A stretch of DNA of 64,000 bases, taken from NCBI GenBank assembly GCA_907165135.1, contig OU015569.1, forward strand, positions 2,976,001 to 3,040,000. Direction: 5' to 3'. A program made the position numbers and the translations under genes. The notes beneath the pieces were generated by a model. It saw only the letters and a program-made list of their open reading frames with translations, searched no databases and had not been told where the DNA came from. Of the stretch, positions 9,971-21,016 are shown piece after piece; positions within the stretch are counted from its first letter, which is position 1; each line of letters opens with the position of its first letter. This DNA is from Oikopleura dioica (lineage: Eukaryota; Animalia; Chordata).

Positions 9971-11330
9971 TTACTCGTCCGGTTGCTTTAAAGGCTCAAC
10001 CTTTGCCGGCGTCTTTGTTTCGTTGTCTTCATCTTCGTCTTCGCCTTTTTGCTTCTTGGCGCAGCAGTATTTGAATGTCAGGATAATCGCCAGCAGCACA
10101 CCAATACCTGCAATCATTGCGTTAGTTTCTGCGTCACAGAGATCAAAAACATTTGAATGCGAATGACTATTTCTGTAACAAAAAAAAAAGAATCTACCTA
10201 TTCCAAGAATGATGGGTACGTTGGATCTTGTTGCGCTCGAAATAGTAGGCTTCCCAGATTCAGCGTCGGGCGAGCTCTCCAGTTCGAACTCGAATTTGCC
10301 GACTTGTTTGAGTCCCGGTTGCTGGAGGTTTTTGAAAGTCGGCACGCCAGTGTCAAACTGCGCGTTTTTTAACCTGGGTTGAATATTTGGATACATCCGG
10401 GCATCCTTGACGGCTTCGAATCCGACCATGAACTTTGTTCCTTCAGGAGCGATCGCCTTCGGCGCATACAGTTTGATCGTAACAAAGCGGCCTAAAAGCT
10501 CGTTTTAGAAGTCAAATTCAAGATCCTTTGGCTTTTCGAATTTTGAGGCTTCCCGTCAGCTTTGAGTCAGTTTTGTTATAAATAAAAACACCTTCATTCA
10601 GCATGAAAATGAACTTTTGTTTTATGGAAACACAAGCCTAGTTACTCCTTATTCTAATTACCGTTTTTTATCAAAGCTAGGCTTTTTCTACGTATGCCTC
10701 GCCCAAATCCAACAAAGTATTCTTGTTGCCACTAATATCCAAGTTTCTAGTACCAACACAGGCGCCAATTAACGGTTTATCCCCGCAAGAGTTTTGTTCC
10801 TATTTGATAGTAACAACTCCTAATGAGAAGCTGCTATTTTCTGCTATTATTTGTTACCATGGATTTTTAAACTCTCCTTATGTTATGACGTTTTTGCTAA
10901 ATAAACCCTTGTTTTTGTATTAATGGTAGTGTTTTCTCGGCATTATTAGATAAAGCAATGAAATTATACCTGACGTAACGAAATCAGCAGGCTTCGACCT
11001 GCCGCATATCGCCGTAGAATGTGCCGTCTCCTCTAGCCCGTCGAAAATCGTAATCGAAGCTTTACCGCAGTTGTCCAAAATGAAGTCGCGCCACGTGAGT
11101 TTAATGTACGTCCCGACGGGCGAGCGAATTCTAAACAAAATTTTAAGTCGCTATTCCGTACCCACTCATTCGCATAAACACAACCTAAAGTTCGACAAAG
11201 CGAAACTTACTTCCAAGTGCAGCTTTGGGCGCCTGGATTGATGTTTGGGAAGGATTCGGAAACCAGGTTCTGGCGAAAGCCTATCTGCGCATCGATCATT
11301 TGCGGGTGGCATCCTTAATCGCGACGTTAA
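9971..11330 (-). CDS. Single-pass membrane protein with a CUB domain (5' end unresolved)
   Basis: Exons CHPQMIDAQIGFRQNLVSESFPNINPGAQSCTWK / IRSPVGTYIKLTWRDFILDNCGKASITIFDG..AICGRSKPADFVTSG / RFVTIKLY..GTKFMVGF form a CUB fold. TM MIAGIGVLLAIILTF is followed by KYCCAKKQK and an acidic tail. Confidence 0.72.
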
Positions 11331-11929
11331 TTTTCAACGTATATAAAACATGATATAAACCAAAGAACAGGAGCTTTCTTATCTTTCCCAAGTAAGGTTT
11401 TATCAGCCCACAAAAAGAGCACTTTCAAGAGTTTGTTCCAAGAAAAACGCGTTCTAAAGCAAATTTAGGACTCCTAAAAATCCATTTGCAGCTTTCTAAA
11501 AGCTGATAAAAATCAACGTTGATAATTTAAGGGTGCTCTTAATATGCAACTAAATCATAAGGATGTAAAAGGTAGCCTGGAGGGTTTAAATGGCAGTCGT
11601 TCGAAGAGGGTTCATGATTGCTGATAGTGCGTTTATGCATAACGAAGTTTTGTAGAACACGAAAAAGGGGTTGATTTCGGAAAAGAAGACAAGTTAGGAT
11701 GGAAGGAGTGACCGATCGCGCTTATCAACGCTCGATTCAATAAACGGAAACTCGCTCGTTGAACCTTTGGCCCTCTCTTTTCGGTGAAGCTTCATCAAGA
11801 CTTGTTAAAAATGCGAACTGTTACGAGAAATGGTGTCTAGAAATTCGCATAGAAGCTGTTTCTTTAGTGGGCTCCGTAGAAGCAGCGGATTAGTACGAAA
11901 GAAAAGCAGCAGCTTAAGCTTTTGCTCTC

Positions 11930-13306
11930 AGAGATCAGCCGCCTTCAGAGCCGGAAGATTTACTCTTCTACTAGAATTAGAAGACAGCTCGGCTCGTGTT
12001 GAATTGAGCAAACGTGATATACTTTAACTTGCTTACCTGAGATTTCCCAGCGATGTTGATCCCGATGGCGGGCAGGCTCGGCAGGTGCGTTGTTGTTTTT
12101 GTGGAAAGAGTTCTGCTTGGCGAAAAACTTCGTTTTTCTTAAAAACCCAGTCAACGAGGGAAAGAGGCTGAGAAAGCGATGATGACTGATTCGGACAGTG
12201 ACCAAAACTGTAAGAAATATTTGCGGTTTTTAATCATACCGCGGAGATAACGTTCAAGATACCGAAATATTACGTTGAGGTTCATTTTTGACATAGAACG
12301 TTTTCGCTAATAGCTATTTTTATACTTTAAGTTTGCGAATTAGCAGTAATACTTAAAAATCCTCAAGTCAAGTTATTCGGGTTAGAGCGTATTGATTTAA
12401 ACAAGGCGAGCTTACCGAGGTCTTCGGGGCGAATTCTGCGGTTGCTGAGGCACCTGTTCTTGAAAGCCTAAGGAACCTTGTTGCGGAATATACTTTGAAA
12501 AGGTTAACACGAGTTTTCTTTATTCGCGAATTTGGTTATTTAAGTGCGCGTACGTGTTTATCGAGAAGTACTGGCTCAGAAGCAAGATGAACGCGTAAGA
12601 CTGAGTCCGAGTACCGTGTTATGCATAGAAACATGCTCAACACGTGAAAGCTTCCCTTTATTCATTTCAATTGAACAAGCGCCTTGTGTAACGAAAACGG
12701 AGCGCTCTGCTTACACTAAACATCAAGAGTTGCCATTTCCTACCTTTGATGATATCAGCTCCTTAGAAATTTAGTGCTATTATCGTTTAAAAAGGTTATT
12801 GTTTGACAAATAATCAGGAAGGCCGGATGAACTTTTACTTGAAACCTTCTTCTCCTTTTATCAAATAAGGGTATCATAACGGTAACTCTGGAAAAAAAGT
12901 CTTGTTTATACTGAAAATTAAAGATGTCTAGTCTATTTTTAAAAAGACTTTCGTAACTGTAACCATTCTAGTTGAGCTTCAACTATTGATGGCAAAATAA
13001 ACGTAAGCTGAGTTCAATAAGTTTTTATGTAACTTCACTGCCCTTTAACATCCCCGTATTTTACCACATACACGGGTCAGTACAACGTAGCAGCTCGCAT
13101 AACTGACGCTTCTTGGAATGTGTAATTCCGAGCGCTCAAGACCTTGATCGAACCGCAATAACTAGTAATAAAGTTTTGATTTTTTTGTTAACCAAGCCTG
13201 AGGAACTTGAGGTTGCTGCTGCTGCTGTTGGGATTGTTGAGGATATTGCTGGTATTGGTAGCCAAGAGCGAGCGGGACAAACACGGACTTTTCGAGCTTC
13301 ATTCTC
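11930..13306 (-). CDS. Probable secreted Q/P-rich protein, exon structure unresolved
   Basis: MKLEKSVFVPLALG followed by YQYQQYPQQSQQQQQQPQVPQA near 13200-13306, plus a spliced exon FQEQVPQQPQNSPRRP at about 12415-12470. It could be the 5' part of the CUB gene or a separate gene. Confidence 0.3.
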
Positions 13307-14172
13307 TGTTGAAATCTCTTTACATATGAATTGTCTGTCTACGACTGTACTTGGTAAACTTTTGAGTACGATTTTTTTGGTGCTGGTGCGCGAAGGTAGC
13401 GAAAAAAGTGCTCCCTGGCGCCTCGGGGAAACAGAGACGGGAAGGTGGGGAGGAGCTTCTCCGAATTTCGGAACGAAGACCCCCGGGGGTGCAGGCAACA
13501 GCACCAGCCTCAAAAACGTGCACGGGCGACAATTTATTCTCAAGATTAAAGAAAACCAGCCAGACTTGAGCGAAACCTTTTTAACTCGAAATAACAAACA
13601 CTACACGCTAAAGTATCGAAAATACTATTCTTTGATCCTTCATTACAAGATGGCAATAAATGAATAAATTTCACAAATTCACCAATGACTAAATTACGGC
13701 TTTTTATATTTAATCAATCAAGCGTCTTTTCATGGCCGAAATAAAGAATAAATGAGGACAATGAGATGATTTTTTCAGCGCGCAGATTATTTTTGATTTT
13801 GATCCTCTTCGGCTTCCTGGTCTTTTTTCTTCTAAATTTGTCGGTCAACGCTGCTGATGACGAAAAAAGAGAAGGTAAGTTTGACAATAGTACATTTTTC
13901 TAATTAAACGATAAGTGTTTCTAATGTAATAATAATGCAAATTAACGCGAAGGGGTTTTCAACAGAGATGCTGCATAATTTCCGCATAGTTAACAAAAGT
14001 ACGTGTCCAAAAATGTTCGCGCAAATGTTTACAGTCGGGATTTGTATGATTTGGATGGTGTTTTTATTTGGCGAAAGCAAAGTCCATTTGGTTAAACTTT
14101 AACCTGGAGGCGTGTGTTCCGCCGCGCCGGATTCCTAAGCATCAGTTTCTGAATAAAGAAATTGTAGAGAAC

Positions 14173-14855
14173 ATGTTTCGCTTTACTGCCCTTGGTTAGT
14201 AACATTTCCTCCTTGATTGCGGCCGAATTTGATTTTTAGCCCGCCCCGCTCTTGCCCGCGCCGTCTCTGTCAGACCTTTGAGTGTTTCTGTCCAGAACCT
14301 CCTCGGCTCCGACGCCGTCTTCGCCAAGATGGGTGACAAGATCGACGCCGCCGCCGTTGCCAAAGTCAAGGTATTCAGCAAATTTAATTAAAATCAGCTG
14401 ATTTTTACCCAAAACGTCACAGACTGGACAAGAGTCTGAGCAAAATTATTTCTAATTTCAATGACGCAATGGAAAAATCTATAGATAAATGCCAAGGAAT
14501 TCCTTTTCAGTCTTGAACCAGGACGCATATTTTTGATCTGAAAGCTCAAGACAATAAGAACAACAAGGACTATCTTTATGTTGTCTGAGTTTGTGTTTAG
14601 GGTGTCTTCCGATTCGACATCCAGGAGAAGAAGAAGACCGTCAAGACCTGGACTGCTGATCTTAAGAACGGTGACGGATCCTTGGTCGAAGGCGAGGGAA
14701 CTAAGCCAGACGTTACTATCATCGTTTCCGACGAGGACTTTGTCAAGCTTGCTGCTGGAGAGCTCGACGCACAGAAGGCCTTCTTCTCCGGAAAGCTCAA
14801 GGTCAAGGGAAACATCATGCTTTCCCAGAAACTCGGCGCCATCCTCAAGAACTAA
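14173..14855 (+). CDS. Stand-alone SCP2 sterol-binding-domain protein with an N-terminal mitochondrial-type presequence
   Basis: Exons 14173-14194, 14240-14370 and 14601-14855 splice in frame (GT-AG) to MFRFTALARPALARAVSVRPLSVSVQNLLGSDAVFAKM..GVFRFDI..TWTADLKNGDGSLVEG..PDVTIIVSDEDFVKLAAGELDAQKAFFSGKLKVKGNIMLSQKLGAILKN*, with a classic SCP2 signature. Confidence 0.88.
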
Positions 14856-15302
14856 TTTACACTGTAATTCTCACTCTGACTAAAATAAATACGAATTTAA
14901 ATTTGTGTACTGTTTGTATTTACGACTAAATAACTTTAGTTCTTAAGAAATATCTATTTTTAAAAACCGTAGAAAGTTCGGACAGGTCATAAGCGCGCTT
15001 CTTCGAAAAGTCTCTAGACATATTGTTATCCTTTGGGCGCAGCGCGCGCTTCACGGCAGAGCGGAGGAGCGCAGCGAGAGAAAGAGAGAGACTGAATATC
15101 GGTTTTTTATGACCAAATTACATTCCAGAACCATTACTGTACAGCTGAACACTCACAAAATGTTTGAATTTAGGGTTAGCAGCCACTCTACTTGTCCCGG
15201 CGCTGATTTTTCCACCCTTTTTTCAAAAATTTTGCCATTTTTTCCAATTATTCTAAAATCGTTCTCTCTTTCAGACGAATTCTTGATTTTTCATCGTTTA
15301 CC

Positions 15303-17430
15303 ATGGCTGAACCGGGAAACAACGCTTCTAATTACAACGAGAACAATTTTGGGACGGCTACACACGTGTGCATGACGCATTGTCTCATAGACTTTTTTTG
15401 CGATACAGTTTGTTTGAAAACATGTTACGTAACTGTGTAACCGCCAGTAGACTACCGCAACTTTATCCAGCAGGGTGTCCCCATCGCTGGCACCAACGAA
15501 GTCATCGTGAAAAATGAGGAGTTACCTCAGCAACAAGTTCCCATGTGGGACAACGAGCAAACGGCCACGCTGACCGAGTGCAAGGAAGAACCTGAAGATG
15601 AATACATCCCACAGGTCGAGGGATGCTCCAGTAACTCTTTCGCAGCAACCGAGCCTGTGGATCATCCCTCGTAGCCGGTCAAAAATGATGGACAACAAAT
15701 TGTTATCGCCGACGACGACGAGATCGCTCCCAATTACGTGCAGCCAAAGTTTCATCAGCAACAGTTTAACCAGCAACAGCAGTTCCCTCAAATGTTCTAT
15801 CATATGCAAAACAACCAGACTGTCTATCAAGATCAGCAGCATCACTCTGGACAGTGGCAACAACAACAGGCTTGGCAGGCAAGCTTATTTATTCCAATTC
15901 AAATCGAACGTCCTTTTAGCAGCAAACTGGCCATCAATACCAGCAGTATTCGCCTTTTGTTAAAATGGGCCTGCAAAACAGCAATGAACAACTGTTCCAG
16001 CAGTACCATCAGGGACAAGCAACGACAACTTACAGCACAGCATCTTTCAATGCTCAGCATGGACTCAATATGCATCAGCAGGTTAAAACACTACTTTTTT
16101 TTTCTTCAAGGAGTCTCAGCAAGTCCTCTTTTCTAAATAAGATTTAGCAGGGATGCGTGCCTGTTACTAGCCTTCCAAGCTCAAACTTCATGATGAATTC
16201 GCAGACTCAGGTACCGTTCAAAAACTATTGATAAGTGTAAATTGGCTTCAGGGGCATAATTCGTCAGGCGTCCCTATCAAACAAGTCTTTACTAATTACC
16301 AAGGTAATTCTTGCTTTTCATCTGGATGATATTAATTCATCCTCCTAGGGCAGCAGCTATTCGGACAGCAGTTTAATCAAGGCACTCAACCAAGCATCGT
16401 GATTCAATCTCATCCAAATCATGAGATGTTTAGCGAGGGAACTGGCGAGGAAATGTTCACTCTCCAGCCAGCCATGCCCAATCTCAATGCTAGTTATGGA
16501 AACTTCGTTGAAGACCCCTCAAACTTGTCGAATGAAGAAACCACCACGATCAAACAAGAAGATTGTGATGATGAAGAGAACAATGATGAGCCTGCGCTTG
16601 AACTCAGCACAACATTCGAGAACACCAAAGCTATGAAAGACCACGTCTACTATCGTAAACGCCAAACTTTTATCAAAATAAGCAATCAGTTGTTTAGTTA
16701 AGGATTTAATTAACGACCTCGTGCTCCAAACGAAAATTCACGCGAAAAACTCTGGCCGCTATCGAAAAGCCTGTCAGGACCACGACGATATGCTGCCTGA
16801 TGTTGCTTACGCCGAGTGCAAATCTTTATGTTACAAGACACTCCCAGAGGAATCAGAGTTAAAAGATCAAATTAATCTTATATCATTTATCCAATTATTT
16901 ATATTCTATTCTAACTCGGCATAGATGGCCAGGGACCCACCAAAACTAAACGCAACTCAAATGCGCAAGCTAAACAAGGCATTCAACTCCGTAAGTTGAT
17001 AAATTACGCTCGAAGAATACCACTTTCTTTCAGTTGAAGATCAAGGATAAGCCGGAGCTGCCGGAAATGAAAACTGCTCTCAAAGTTATGTGCGAAATCG
17101 GTAAAATCGATGACGGCGTGGAGCAATTGATTGAGGAATTATGTTTGTACTTCTTATAAGACTTATTGAATAGCGTTTTTAGACACACATCCAGAAGGCT
17201 TTGATGCTTACTGGAATATGCTGAACTCAGGTCAAAAGAAGTGGTTCAACAAAAACCGTAGTCTTGAAGAGAACAAGGTGGTTCCCCGCCCTTCACGTAA
17301 AATGGGTCGACCACGAACAACCCCAACCGTCCGACGTTCTCCTAGAGGCAAAAACAAAAATAATAATGCCAAGAACAAGAAGGGAGAAAAAGCTCAAGAA
17401 GATGCTAAAGCTGGTTCAAAGAAGAAGTAA
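15303..17430 (+). CDS. Multi-exon Q-rich/acidic putative nuclear protein with a C-terminal AT-hook-like motif
   Basis: Spliced Q-rich exons (QPKFHQQQFNQQQQFPQMFYHMQNNQ), an acidic segment IKQEDCDDEENNDE, and a basic last exon RKMGRPRTTPTVRRSPRGKNK. No family recognised, and it may be two genes. Confidence 0.5.
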
Positions 17431-17760
17431 AATATGAATGAGAAGGCCGTCTTTATTCTCTCCCATTTATTTTTATATTCAAACACTTTTAACTGCCACA
17501 ATTATATTTTTCTATTCAAAATATATATTTAAAGTAAAGTCACTTTGTTTCTGAAAAACAAGGTTTCCCCATTGATTTCAGAAAGGCTCCCCTTTTCTTG
17601 CAGACTTCATCACAAAGAAATCAAGAGTTTTTAATGTTGATCGGTTCAAAGATGATATTCCTCTTGTCACAAGAGTCTTGTGACTTACCTTAATCCTTGA
17701 GAAAGATGCACCTGCATCTTACAGATCAAAACACGGCAAGAGGTCCATTTAATTTAAACA

Positions 17761-18680
17761 ATGAAGCTCTCGCTTGCCCTTTTCTCCTCCGTTTTCTGTG
17801 ATACTCTTCCTTACGACACGCAATGCACATCAATCGGTGGTACTTGTACTGATTACAGATATCTAACTTGCATTGCCGGATATGCAACAGGAAAGTGCAA
17901 CGGCGATAACAACAGAAAATGCTGTCTGCCTTGTGATACTAGTTGTCAATTAAAGGTGACGGGAGAAATATATAACTTGAAAAGAGATAAATTGAAATCA
18001 AGGAAGAAAGCGACAGTTTGAACGACGGAAAGTGTACTTCCGCCGGCGGCGAGTGCAAGCACAACACAAACTATTGCAATGGATATTACTCGTCTGGTCT
18101 TTGCGGTGGCGGATCAGCTCGGCAATGTTGTAAAACGGGCTCAACAAACTGCGAGTTGCTCACTTATTCGAACACGTGGGTGAAAGGATACAATGGACTC
18201 ACAGTCAAGATTGATCAGGGATTCAAATCCGCCATGGACACAATGAACAATTACGCGGGACAGTGCGGTGTGACTGTTTATGTTACTCATGCATTCAGAA
18301 AAGAAGGTTCATCCTTACTGTTGACGTCGTAGCGTCATTAAATAATCTAGGACAAGAGATCGGAGGTACAGTTGTGCCACCAGCAAGCCACAGCAACCAT
18401 TTGACTGGCCATGCAATTGACATGAATCTGGACACTCCGAGAGGCTGGTGCAATAGCTCTTGCTTGGCTGCCGAGTCGAACACCAATGCCAAATGCTTCA
18501 CTGATAAGGTACAGATGCTAGCGTAAGCGATTTACTTATTATTTTCAGATTATTGCAAACGCTGGTTTGCGGTGGGGCCAGAGTTTTAACGACCCAGTCC
18601 ACATTGACGATAATCTATGGTACTCGAATTCGAACACTTGGACTGATCTTTACTACAAACATCAAAATTCTTGTTCTTAG
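17761..18680 (+). CDS. Secreted protein with two Cys-rich defensin-like modules and a peptidase M15 (LAS-type Zn D-Ala-D-Ala / L-Ala-D-Glu peptidase) domain
   Basis: Exons 17761-17955, 18003-18306, 18351-18508 and 18549-18680 join in frame with GT-AG introns. Signal peptide MKLSLALFSSVFC. Modules CTSIGGTC..C..G..C....CC and CTSAGGEC..C..GLC....CC. M15 motifs VTHAFR, SNHLTGHAID (H-x6-D) and GLRWGQSFNDPVHID. Confidence 0.85.
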
Positions 18681-18898
18681 TTTCTTCCTGCTCCTGAAAT
18701 TTGAATAGAAACAGACTCGAATCGTTTTATTTCGGAGAAAGTTTCCTCGAAATAAAGACTCTTAATTTTGAGCATGAAATTTATTACGCGGCGGGATGAA
18801 ATTTACGAATTAAAAAATAGAGTCTTACAGTGATAAATAAAAAATAAATGCAGTGATGTAAGAAAATAGTTAAAAAAAAAATAAAAAAGAAGAGATCT

Positions 18899-20767
18899 TT
18901 AGAAATCGAACAAATCGTTGTTCTTCGGAGGGTTGTTTTCTGTTTCTTCACCGATATTGACTATAAAGTGAGTTTCGTTTTGTTCACAGCTGAAATTGTT
19001 TACCTGGCTCTGGGTTCTTGTCAGGCAGCGTATTGAGCCATTCGTTGATGTCTACGTACTGCTGATCGGTGATAACTAAAGATATTCAAAGGTAACTTAA
19101 ATTCTGCGCGCTCGCGATGGTACCTTCTTGCTTCAGAGGAAACTGAGGAGCAGTAGAAGTTGAGGAAGCTGGTGGGGCGTGAAAATGCGCACTTGTAGAC
19201 GGAGCTTGCCAATGCGCACTTGAAGAGGGAGCTTGCCAATGTGCGCTTGAAGAGGGAGCTTGCCAATGTGCACTTGTTGATGGTGCTTCGAAATTGGGAA
19301 ACTGCGGAGCAGCAAAACTGGAGGCAGCTGGTGGAGCATCAAAATGCGCGCTCGAAGACGGAGCTTCAAAATGTGCGCTCGTAGACGGAGCTTGAAAGTA
19401 TGCGCCAGTAGTTGGGGCTTGATAATGCGGCGCACTTGTAGATGGAGTTTCAAAGTTTTGAAACTGTGGAACAGTGGAAGAAGTTGATGGAACCTCATTA
19501 TTTGAATTGCTTTCTTCTAGTTTCACAGCCTAGATTAATAGATATTGACAAGAAGATGAATAGGCACTCTCACTTCGAAGTAAGCCGTCTGTTCGCCTCG
19601 AGAGTTCAAAATTGGCTGGACGACTGTCATTTGACCGGAGAGAAGGGGAAAGTCCGTGATTGGGACCTGAGACTGCATTCCCATTCCGGGAGTAATCGGG
19701 TGGAACTGCGGCTGGATGTTCTGGTGATCGTACTGCTGAATCTCCCATGATGGGGGCTACATTTTGTTGTTATTGATAACTCGGAAATTGATTGTTACCT
19801 GAACCCATTGCTGATTGTTCATTCCATCATGGTGGAAGTATTCTTGATTGTGAGTGGTGGACTCAGTAAGAATATATTCTTCCGCGGCTGGTGGAGCTTG
19901 AAGTTCGAATTGTCTTGTGGGCATGCGATCGGCTGGGTTTGGAGGCTGGTTCAGTTGCTTCTGCTAAAAAAGGACATCAACACTTGCATTGATTTGAATA
20001 AATACCCCGCGGAAGCTATGCTGAGCCTGGGCCTTCTCCTCCTCTGCCACCCTTCGCCTTTGTTCCCTAACTTCCTCAGCCAGTTCAATAGCCTTGGCTG
20101 AGCCGTTTCGGAGAATCCATTTGAGCAGTTCTGGTTTAGCACGCTGGAAGAAGCCGTATTGATGAAGATAGAAGGAGACGTTGTTTGGGTCACTTCCCTC
20201 CTCTTCATTGCGTTTTCTTGAGAGAAAATACGTAAGGAAGGCTTCTTTGGTTTCAGGGATAAATTACCTGAAGCCGTAGAGGTTTAATTGACGGATGAAA
20301 CTAGCAAATTCTTTCGTCTGAATAGGCGCCTTCTCCGCCTTTGGCCGTTGGAGAAATCCCTCGTCGAAAGCTTCGCGCTCGATGACAAAGTATTCCCCAT
20401 ACTCACCCCAGTAGATGAAGGGGTACTCGCTTTCGCTGCTCACAATTTCATAGAGCTTCTGCACAAAAGGCTGGACTCCGTCAGCTGGCTTTGGCTTCTT
20501 TGGCTTTGGAGCGGCAGCTCTTGGCGCAGCGCGCTTTACAGCAGTGGTTTCTCGTCGTTTCACTGGAGCTCTTCTTGGGGAGGCGGAACACGCTTTCGGT
20601 TCCCGAGATTCTTGGGAATCGTTAACTCTGGTTTGCAAAGAACAGAGGCTTACATTAATAATCTTCTCAGACATTCGGATCTTCGCCAACGCTCGTTCCA
20701 TGTGCAGTTTACACGCCAAGGTGAACCGGTCATCATCATCTAACTCGTCTTCTTCGTCGCTCGCCAA
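18899..20767 (-). CDS. Heat-shock-factor-like transcription factor (HSF DNA-binding domain)
   Basis: VQPFVQKLYEIVSSESEYPFIYWGEYGEYFVIEREAFDEGFL..FASFIRQLNLYGFR, then YLHQYGFFQRAKPELLKWILR, matching the HSF DBD. Followed by Q/P-rich exons, 9-aa repeats and an acidic-aromatic C-terminus NDLFDF*. Start codon uncertain. Confidence 0.85.
19140..19480 (-). repeat. Coding 27-bp tandem repeats (APS(S/T)SAH(W/F/Y)(Q/E/D)) in the HSF-like C-terminal region
   Basis: About 10 degenerate copies, e.g. APSTSAHWQ APSSSAHWQ APSSSAHWQ APSTSAHFH, in two blocks each starting F.NFE. Confidence 0.85.
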
Positions 20768-21016
20768 GAAAATGGTCTTTTAGGGAATCAGATATTTTTA
20801 AGAAGGCTCATTTAAAATGTGACTGTAAACGAGAATGTGCTTTCGTCAAGTCTTACCGATAAAACTATCTTCCCATTCCTCATTCACGAATTCAACGTCT
20901 GAATCAGATTCAAGATCGGACGAAGAGACGATCGACTCAGTCAGAGTCGATTCCTTCAAAAAATTAACATTTATAATTCCTAAATTCTCTTCGTTGACTT
21001 CAAAGATCGTCCTTAC

